Assembly (NCBI GenBank): GCA_045533025.1
Contig: JAZSHA010000019.1
Coordinates: 1-43,655, forward strand
DNA: 43,655 nt
DNA from: Oscillospiraceae bacterium
GTDB lineage: Bacteria > Bacillota > Clostridia > Oscillospirales > Ruminococcaceae
Direction: 5' to 3'
Under the pieces are notes generated by a model. That model made no database searches. It saw nothing but the letters and a program-made list of their open reading frames with translations, and had not been told where the DNA came from. Made by a program: the position numbers and the translations under genes. Position 1 is the stretch's first letter. Every line of letters begins with the position of its first letter. Shown here in pieces: positions 1 through 7,879 of the stretch.

Positions 1-39
1 ATTGCTATCCAGAAGGGTGCGGAAACTATTAAAAAATAA
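1..39 (+). CDS. 3' end of an ORF running in from upstream of the window (possibly acetolactate synthase small subunit, judged only from its position before ilvC)
   Basis: Frame 1 is open from base 1 and reads IAIQKGAETIKK, then TAA at 37-39. Only 12 codons are visible. Confidence 0.3.
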   Translation: MAIQKGAETIKK

Positions 40-46
40 TTCTGTA

Positions 47-90
47 ATTAAACGAGTGTACGTTTAATTTTTAAACGTAGCATTACGTTT
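47..90 (+). repeat. Four alternately oriented copies of TTAAACG/CGTTTAA that form overlapping hairpin options
   Basis: ATTAAACG (47-54), CGTTTAAT (61-68), TTAAACGTA (71-79), TACGTTT (84-90). Neighbouring segments are reverse complements of each other. Confidence 0.6.
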
Positions 91-114
91 GATAAAGTAT
101 AGAAATCCAATTAA

Positions 115-1152
<1,038 letters not shown>

Positions 1153-1165
1153 GTTCATTACATAT

Positions 1166-1199
1166 CCGCTTCTGATTTAGTTCAGAAGCGGAGTTTTTT
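1166..1199 (+). terminator. Intrinsic terminator after ilvC
   Basis: CCGCTTCTGA (1166-1175), loop TTTAGT, TCAGAAGCGG (1182-1191), then AGTTTTTTA. Confidence 0.8.
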
Positions 1200-1347
1200 A
1201 TCATTAATCATTTGCAGCTCTTTGAGGAAGTTAATAAAAAATTCACACAATTGCACAAAAAGTATGTTAAACTATGTATATGTATTTGTGAAATTGCCGA
1301 GATATAAAATTTCATAGCACTTTTTTAGAGAAAATTACAAAAAACAC

Positions 1348-1376
1348 TTGCAAAGTGAACAAAAAATGTGTATAAT
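1348..1376 (+). promoter_or_regulatory. Sigma-A type promoter for the PucR-like regulator gene
   Basis: TTGCAA (1348-1353), 17-nt spacer, TATAAT (1371-1376). Confidence 0.6.
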
Positions 1377-1477
1377 AATTGATATGGGCGGCGAATTATA
1401 TAAAGAAACTGCCGCTTTGTTAAAGCTGATTATACAATTTTGTACTATGAAATTTATCAGGCTTATAAAATGAAAGG

Positions 1478-2575
1478 ATGACCGGGTATATGTCAAACAG
1501 ACTTTTTCAGGGCTTAATTCATCAGATGAGAGATGCTATGGACTGCATCATCGGCGTTGTTGACTCAACTGCTACAATTATCGCTTGCAGCGAGCTTTCC
1601 AAAATCGGAACAACAAACGAGTTCGTTTCTCTTGACTTGAGCGACTCCCACGATATCTTTGTCCGTGACGGCTATACATACAAGCCATTCGGCTCCCACA
1701 TCAAGCCTGATTATGCTGTATTTGTTGAGGGTACTGACGAAAATGCTGCTAAGTATGCAAACATTATGTCTATTACTCTTTCTTCTATCAAGCAGTACTA
1801 CGATGAAAAATATGACAGAACAAACTTTATCAAGAACGTTGTTCTCGATAACGTTCTCCCAGGCGATATCGTTGTAAAGGCTCGTGAGCTCCACTTCAAC
1901 AATGATGTAAGCAGAGTTGTTCTTCTTATCAGAATTGTTTCTTCCAACGATGTTTCCGCATTCGATGTTATTCAGAACCTCTTCCCTGATAAGGCTAAGG
2001 ATTTCGTTCTTAATATCACTGAGTCCGATATCGTTCTTGTTAAGGAAATCAAGAATAATGTTGAGTCCAAGGATTTGGAAAAGCTTGCTCGCTCCATTTC
2101 CGACACACTCTCCAGCGAATTCTACACAAGGGTTAATGTTGGTATCGGTACTGTTGTTACAGGTATCAAGGATTTGGCTCGCTCCTTCAAGGAAGCTCAG
2201 ATTGCTCTTGAAGTTGGTAAGGTATTCGACACTGATAAGGTTATCGTTTCCTATGACAACCTCGGTATCGCAAGACTTATTTACCACCTCCCTACAACTC
2301 TTTGTGAAACTTTCCTTCAGGAAGTTTTCAAGAAGGGCTCAATCGAGTGTCTTGACCACGAAACACTGTTTAGAATTCAGCGTTTCTTTGAAAACAACCT
2401 CAACGTGTCCGAAACTTCCAGAAAGCTTTTCGTGCACAGAAATACTCTTGTTTACAGGCTTGAAAAAATCAAGAAGCTTACAGGTCTTGACCTGAGAGAA
2501 TTTGTCCACGCTATCGTATTCAAGATTGCTCTTATGGTTAAGAAGTACCTCTCCGCAAATCCTGTTAAGTTCTAA
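1478..2575 (+). CDS. PucR/CdaR-family transcriptional regulator
   Basis: C-terminal helix-turn-helix stretch SETSRKLFVHRNTLVYRLEKIKKLTG is typical of PucR_C/CdaR regulators. The start is uncertain: ATG 1478, or ATG 1490 (MSNRLF...). Confidence 0.8.
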   Translation: MTGYMSNRLFQGLIHQMRDAMDCIIGVVDSTATIIACSELSKIGTTNEFVSLDLSDSHDIFVRDGYTYKPFGSHIKPDYAVFVEGTDENAAKYANIMSITLSSIKQYYDEKYDRTNFIKNVVLDNVLPGDIVVKARELHFNNDVSRVVLLIRIVSSNDVSAFDVIQNLFPDKAKDFVLNITESDIVLVKEIKNNVESKDLEKLARSISDTLSSEFYTRVNVGIGTVVTGIKDLARSFKEAQIALEVGKVFDTDKVIVSYDNLGIARLIYHLPTTLCETFLQEVFKKGSIECLDHETLFRIQRFFENNLNVSETSRKLFVHRNTLVYRLEKIKKLTGLDLREFVHAIVFKIALMVKKYLSANPVKF

Positions 2576-2640
2576 AATACAATCATTGCTCCCGGGCGGA
2601 TTTTCCACTCTGCGGAAGCTGATTTATACAGTTATTTATG

Positions 2641-2680
2641 GGGGCAGATTTATTTTCTGTCCCCACAATTATTTTTATGG
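2641..2680 (+). terminator. Possible weak terminator after the regulator gene
   Basis: GGGGCAG (2641-2647) pairs with CTGTCCCC (2657-2664) with a one-base bulge. The T-rich tail ACAATTATTTTTA is not immediately adjacent. Confidence 0.4.
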
Positions 2681-2715
2681 AAATAATATCCAAATTGGAT
2701 TAATATAGATAGGCG

Positions 2716-3393
2716 GTGTACCTTTTGGTAGAACTTAAAAATGTTAGTGTTACATATTCAAACGGCGTTGACGCTCTTAATGATGTAAGTCTGCGCATAA
2801 ATGACGGCGAATTTGCTTTCGTAGTCGGCAAATCGGGCGCAGGTAAAAGTACTCTTATCAGACTTTTGCTTCAAGAGATTGAGCCTACAAGCGGAAGGAT
2901 TACAGTAAACGGCTTTAATCTCAGCAAGCTCAAGAAAAACAAGGCGCACAAGCTTCGTCGTACAATTGGTTTTGTATTTCAGGACTTCAAGCTTATCGAC
3001 ACTATGAACGTGTATGATAATGTTGCGTTCGTGCTCAGAAGCATTGACGCACCAATCAAATATATCCGCAACCGTGTGCCTTATGTTATCAGCCTTGTTG
3101 GGCTCAAGGACAAGGCTAAGGCTTTCCCTCACGAGCTTTCAGGTGGTGAACAGCAGCGTGTTGCACTGGCAAGAGCGCTTGTAAATGACCCTCAGCTTAT
3201 CATTGCTGACGAGCCTACAGGTAACCTTGACCCTACAAACAAAATCGAAATTCTTGAACTGCTCAAGGCTATCAATGCCTGCGGTACAACTGTTATGGTT
3301 GTTACCCATGAGCACGAGCTTGTTCAGTATTTCGGCGGACGAACAATCAGTATCACCGACGGACGAATTACCTTCGACGATTATATCGGTTAA
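2716..3393 (+). CDS. ftsE: Cell-division ABC transporter ATP-binding protein FtsE
   Basis: Walker A GKSGAGKST, ABC signature LSGGEQQRVALARAL, Walker B LIIADEPTGNLD; directly followed by ftsX. The start may be GTG 2716 or in-frame TTG 2725. Confidence 0.92.
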   Translation: MYLLVELKNVSVTYSNGVDALNDVSLRINDGEFAFVVGKSGAGKSTLIRLLLQEIEPTSGRITVNGFNLSKLKKNKAHKLRRTIGFVFQDFKLIDTMNVYDNVAFVLRSIDAPIKYIRNRVPYVISLVGLKDKAKAFPHELSGGEQQRVALARALVNDPQLIIADEPTGNLDPTNKIEILELLKAINACGTTVMVVTHEHELVQYFGGRTISITDGRITFDDYIG

Positions 3394-3418
3394 GCTACGG
3401 AAAGGAAGTTTACTTTAA

Positions 3419-4330
3419 ATGAAAATCAGCAGTATGAATTACCTTTTCAAGCAAGGTATGAGAAATGTATGGACCAACCGAATTATGTCGGTTGCGTCCC
3501 TTTGTATTCTGTCGGTATCTCTTTTGCTTATCGGCTTTACGCTTCTTTTTGTTGCCAATATAAACCGCTTCGTAAGTGGTATCGAAAATAAAAACGAGGT
3601 TGTTATCTTTATTGAGGACGGCACTGACGAAACTGAAATTTCTGCTATGGAAAATACAATCAAAAACATTGACAATGTTGAAAACGTTACCTTCTACTCC
3701 AAGGAGCAGGCTCTTGAGGATATGAAGAATGATATGGAAAACGAAAACGCTGAGGATTTATTCAGCTACGTTGGCGAGGAAAACCCTCTCCCCGACGCTT
3801 TCAGACTCCGTATTGCTGATATTGAAAAAATCAGCCCTACTCTTATGGAAATCAACCGCCTTGACAAGATTGACTCTATCAAGTCACCTACCGATTTTAT
3901 CAACATCCTTACAGGGCTGAAAAACTTTATCGGTATCATTTCACTTGTAATTCTTGCGGCACTTATCCTTGTTTCTCTTGTTATTATCTCCAACGCTTCC
4001 CGTGCAAGCGTTGATATCAGAAAACGTGAAATTGCCATTATGAAGCTTGTTGGTGCAACAAACTCCTTTATCAAAATTCCTTTCTTTGTTGAAGGTATGT
4101 TCATCGGCGTACTTTCGGGCGTTCTTGCTTCAGCAATTACTTGTATTGGCTACAATGAACTGATTAAGGTGCTTTCGCAGGATATGACTGTGTGGAGCAT
4201 TATGTCTGTTAACGGTTTTATCCCGCTTAGTGAATTTATGTGGGTTCTTATTATTGGATACATTGTGGCAGGCGCTGTAATCAGCGCATTCGGTACTGTT
4301 ATGAGCACAAGAAAATATCTTAAGGTATAA
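3419..4330 (+). CDS. ftsX: Cell-division permease-like protein FtsX
   Basis: N-terminal TM, extracytoplasmic domain, then three C-terminal TMs with the MKLVGAT...FI..PF..EG pattern. Ribosome-binding site GGAAAGGAAG upstream. Confidence 0.9.
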   Translation: MKISSMNYLFKQGMRNVWTNRIMSVASLCILSVSLLLIGFTLLFVANINRFVSGIENKNEVVIFIEDGTDETEISAMENTIKNIDNVENVTFYSKEQALEDMKNDMENENAEDLFSYVGEENPLPDAFRLRIADIEKISPTLMEINRLDKIDSIKSPTDFINILTGLKNFIGIISLVILAALILVSLVIISNASRASVDIRKREIAIMKLVGATNSFIKIPFFVEGMFIGVLSGVLASAITCIGYNELIKVLSQDMTVWSIMSVNGFIPLSEFMWVLIIGYIVAGAVISAFGTVMSTRKYLKV

Positions 4331-4340
4331 AGGATTATTT

Positions 4341-5627
4341 ATGAAAATTATCAGAACCATAAAAAAAACAAGTGCACTCCTCATTGCGTGCACAATGGCT
4401 GTCAGCAGCGTTCTTTCGGGCATTATTGTTACGGCAGATACAATGTCCGAGCTTGAAGCAAAACAGGCTAAACTTGAAGAAGAGCTTCAGAATGTCGAGT
4501 CACTCCTTTCAGAATATGAGGACAAAGCTGACGAGGTCGAGAAATACCTTGACGAGTATGACAACAAGATGAAGGTGCAGGAAGAACAGGTCAAGGTTGT
4601 CGAGGAACAGATTGAAATTTATGAGGAAAAGCTTACTGCTCTTGAAGAAGATATTGCTGCGAAGGAAGCAGAATTCAATAACGGTATTGAACAGTTCCGT
4701 CAGCGTCTCCGCGCTCTTTATATGGCAGGTAATGACAGCCTTGCTTCGGTAATTGCAGGCTCCTCCGATTTCTATGATATGCTTGCAAGAATGGAATTTG
4801 TTGAACGTGTCTCCAAGCATGACAATGACCTTATTGACTCTCTCAATACTCAGATTACAGAGCTTGAGGAAACAAAAGCTGAATACGAAACTACTCTTGA
4901 ACAGCTTGAAACTAAAAAAGCTGAAGAAGAGGCTTACTACGAGGAACTTCGTGAAACCTACAACGGTCACGCTGAAACAAAACAGATGCACGAAAATATG
5001 ATTGCTGACTATGAGGCACGTGCTGACGAAATTGCTGACGAGCAGGCAGAGGTTGAAGAAGAACTTCAGGCTGAAATCCGCAGACTTCAGGAAGAAGCTG
5101 AAAGAAAGCGTAAGGAAGAGGAAGAACGCAGACGTAAGGAAGAAGAAAAGAAGAAGCAGGAGGCTGAAGCTAACGGTCAGAATTATGTTCCTCAGCCAGC
5201 CGCTCCTACTTACTCTGATACAGGATTTATCTGGCCTGTTCCGACAGTTCGAAACACCTCTGATATGTATGGTGAACGCTGGATTGTTGAAGAACAGAGC
5301 AGCGACTTCCACAAAGGTATTGACATCACAAAGCCTGGCTGTGCAGGTGAAACTATAGTTGCTTCCGCTGGAGGTACTGTAATTCAGGCAAGCGACAAGG
5401 GCAACGGCTACGGCAAATGTGTAATCATCGACCACGGCAACGGAATTGCCACACTTTACGCTCATTGCAGCGAGCTTTACACATCTATGGGTGCTACTGT
5501 TGCGCAAGGCGACCCTATCGGTGCAATCGGCTGCACAGGCTATGCTTACGGTAACCACCTCCACTTTGAGGTGCGTATTGACGGTCAGCACACCAACCCT
5601 TCCAACTATGTAAATATCAACAATTAA
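4341..5627 (+). CDS. Secreted or anchored coiled-coil M23 (LytM-type) peptidoglycan endopeptidase
   Basis: Signal/anchor segment, then about 250 aa of heptad-rich charged sequence. The C-terminal M23 domain has HKGIDI (HxxxD) and GNHLHFEV (HxH) intact. Confidence 0.9.
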   Translation: MKIIRTIKKTSALLIACTMAVSSVLSGIIVTADTMSELEAKQAKLEEELQNVESLLSEYEDKADEVEKYLDEYDNKMKVQEEQVKVVEEQIEIYEEKLTALEEDIAAKEAEFNNGIEQFRQRLRALYMAGNDSLASVIAGSSDFYDMLARMEFVERVSKHDNDLIDSLNTQITELEETKAEYETTLEQLETKKAEEEAYYEELRETYNGHAETKQMHENMIADYEARADEIADEQAEVEEELQAEIRRLQEEAERKRKEEEERRRKEEEKKKQEAEANGQNYVPQPAAPTYSDTGFIWPVPTVRNTSDMYGERWIVEEQSSDFHKGIDITKPGCAGETIVASAGGTVIQASDKGNGYGKCVIIDHGNGIATLYAHCSELYTSMGATVAQGDPIGAIGCTGYAYGNHLHFEVRIDGQHTNPSNYVNINN

Positions 5628-5642
5628 CAACTGAGGTTTTAT

Positions 5643-6860
5643 ATGAACAAAAAAATTTCACTGGGAATTACCATCGGACTTATGGCTTTGGCTGCGGCAG
5701 TAACGTTTATCATTACTTATAACTATTCCCTCAACGTCTTCAACTCAAAAGTAAAGAGTGTTTCCGAAAAGGAAAGTATTTATGTAAGGCTCTCCGAAAT
5801 GGATAAGTATGTTCGTGCCAATTACATAAACGATATTGATGAAGAACTGCTGAATAACAGCATTATGAACGGCTACATCAAGGGACTTGATGACCGTTTT
5901 GCAAAGTATTATTCCGCTGAGGAATACGCTCAGCAGACTCAAAAAGAGTCTGGTATCAATGTGGGGCTCGGTTTCAGCTACGAAAAGGAAGAAAGCGGGT
6001 ACATCAAAATTACCGAGGTAACAGCAAATTCTTCCGCTGAAACAGCAGGGCTTCTTGTGGGTGATGTTGTTACAGCGATAAACAACACAGACGTTATTGC
6101 ATTTGAAGGCGGTTATGATGAAGCTGTCACACTTCTGAACTGCGATGAAGGTACAAAGGTAAAGCTTCACGTCAAGCGTACAAATCTTGAAGGTATATCA
6201 GAATTTTTTGCGGTTGAAGTTGTTTCTGAAAAGACGGAAATTATCTCTGTAACAGGCAGAAATATTGACAATATTGCTTATGTAAAAATCACAACCTTCA
6301 ACGAAAAGACACCTGAGCAATTTGAAACAGTTCTCAATAAGCTTATCGGAGAAGGCGCTGAAATGATTATATTTGACGTCCGTGATAATCTCGGTGGTCT
6401 TACTGCATCTCTACAGGGTACACTTGACAGACTTCTCGGAGATGGCGACATTGTTACAGCTCACTATCGTGATAAATCCGAGGTTGTAATTCACACTACC
6501 GAAGCTACACAGGTAAAAATGCCTATGGCGGTTATTGTAAACAAAGGTACAGCTTCCTGTGCTGAGCTGTTCGCTTTTGCACTCCGTGATGAGGCTAATG
6601 CTCAGATTGTCGGCACAGGTACCTACGGAAAAGGTGTTATGCAGAAAACACACAAGCTTTCAGGCGGTGCGGCTGTAAAAATCACTGTTGCAACTCTTCA
6701 AACTCAAAACAGCGGAAACTACAACGGTGTTGGAATAATCCCTAACTTTGAGGTTTCTCTGCCTGCGGAAGTTGAACTTGCACTGCTTGATGAGGAACAG
6801 CAGCTTGAGGCTGACACACAGCTTATCAAGGCAATTGAAGTTGTTTCAACAATTCAGTAA
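5643..6860 (+). CDS. S41-family carboxy-terminal processing protease with PDZ domain
   Basis: N-terminal TM anchor, PDZ-like GLLVGDVVTAINN, S41 core motifs GTASCAELFAFAL and TYGKGVMQ. Confidence 0.9.
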   Translation: MNKKISLGITIGLMALAAAVTFIITYNYSLNVFNSKVKSVSEKESIYVRLSEMDKYVRANYINDIDEELLNNSIMNGYIKGLDDRFAKYYSAEEYAQQTQKESGINVGLGFSYEKEESGYIKITEVTANSSAETAGLLVGDVVTAINNTDVIAFEGGYDEAVTLLNCDEGTKVKLHVKRTNLEGISEFFAVEVVSEKTEIISVTGRNIDNIAYVKITTFNEKTPEQFETVLNKLIGEGAEMIIFDVRDNLGGLTASLQGTLDRLLGDGDIVTAHYRDKSEVVIHTTEATQVKMPMAVIVNKGTASCAELFAFALRDEANAQIVGTGTYGKGVMQKTHKLSGGAAVKITVATLQTQNSGNYNGVGIIPNFEVSLPAEVELALLDEEQQLEADTQLIKAIEVVSTIQ

Positions 6861-6875
6861 GAAAGGATACCTGTT

Positions 6876-7181
6876 ATGGACGAATTTAACTATCTTCTCG
6901 TGCTTGTGCTGTTTATGCTCTTTGTCACGGTTTTTATGGATATGATTTCGCTTTTTATGGTAAAAAAGGGCAGCGTGGATATTGAGGACTACGCTACAGC
7001 GGTTCTGAAATGGCCTAAAGTTATCCTTCTTGTTATTTTCGGAATTATTATGCTTTATTACGCATTTACAACTGTAGCTTCTGCATGGACACTTGCGGCA
7101 GAACTGATTGTGGGTGTTCTTGTCATTGCGGACGGCATAGTCGGAATTATTATAAAGGCAAAGCACGGTAAAAAGAAATGA
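6876..7181 (+). CDS. Small membrane protein (about 3 TM), function unknown
   Basis: 101-aa ORF with three hydrophobic segments. Ribosome-binding site GAAAGGA lies 8 nt upstream; ATGA overlap with the next gene. Confidence 0.6.
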   Translation: MDEFNYLLVLVLFMLFVTVFMDMISLFMVKKGSVDIEDYATAVLKWPKVILLVIFGIIMLYYAFTTVASAWTLAAELIVGVLVIADGIVGIIIKAKHGKKK

Positions 7182-7837
7182 GTTTATTTAAGAGAAAAGT
7201 CCGATTTGAAAAGGCACTTGTAATTCTGAGTGAAAAAGGTTTTTCGCGTGAATACACGGAAATGCTGAAAAGTGAACTTGAAACAGCTGAGCGTCCAAAG
7301 GATATTGCTAAAGGGAAAAGTTTTCTTGCAAATGCACTTCTTATTCAGGGCAGCCTTACTGAGGCATATGCTGTATTTGAGGAAATAAATCTGAAACACC
7401 TTGACTCTCATCTGCACGGAAATCTCATAAGCAATATGGTTTTCTGCCTTTATGTGCAGAATAAGTTCAAGCCTGCTGAGGAGCTGTACCAAAAATATAA
7501 CGCCGCTATACTCAATGAGCACAGCGACGCTTCAAGGCGAAGTCTTGCAATTCATCAGCATATTCGTGGACAGTACGAGGCTGCAATAGAAATACTTGCA
7601 GGTATGCTGGACAGCGAATGCCGTTTCCTTGATATTTGTATGGTTAAAGCAATGCTGCGGCTTGATATGTACGAGCGTGCAGCTGAATTTACTAAATTTT
7701 TTGACAGATATGAAAACTGCGGGGAGATGACAAAGGAAATCCATAAGCTGAAAAATAAGGTTTTTGATGGACTGCCTCCAAAGCTGAAGACACAGTATAT
7801 CAAATCAACTGTAAAAGTAAAAAATGCTACAAAATAA
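7178..7837 (+). CDS. Hypothetical helical-repeat (TPR-like) protein
   Basis: 219-aa ORF coupled to the upstream gene by a 4-nt overlap. It looks like helical repeats; I recognise no catalytic motif. Confidence 0.55.
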   Translation: MSLFKRKVRFEKALVILSEKGFSREYTEMLKSELETAERPKDIAKGKSFLANALLIQGSLTEAYAVFEEINLKHLDSHLHGNLISNMVFCLYVQNKFKPAEELYQKYNAAILNEHSDASRRSLAIHQHIRGQYEAAIEILAGMLDSECRFLDICMVKAMLRLDMYERAAEFTKFFDRYENCGEMTKEIHKLKNKVFDGLPPKLKTQYIKSTVKVKNATK

Positions 7838-7845
7838 GCGTACCG

Positions 7846-7871
7846 ATTTCTCGGTACGCTTAAATTATTAT
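7846..7871. terminator. Bidirectional intrinsic terminator between convergent genes
   Basis: AAGCGTACCGA (7846-7856), loop TTTC, TCGGTACGCTT (7861-7871). It is flanked by an A-run upstream and T-rich sequence downstream. Confidence 0.8.
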
Positions 7872-7879
7872 TTGACTGA

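Noticed and set aside
1390-1425. GGCGGC...GCCGC pairing in the PucR-gene leader, considered as a riboswitch or terminator
   Set aside because: The stem is only 5-6 bp with an 18-nt loop, and I recognise no riboswitch consensus.
4509-5630. 373-aa minus-strand ORF inside the M23 peptidase gene
   Set aside because: Phe/Leu/Ser-rich low-complexity translation. It arises from the complement of GAA/AAG-rich coiled-coil codons, so it is a shadow ORF.
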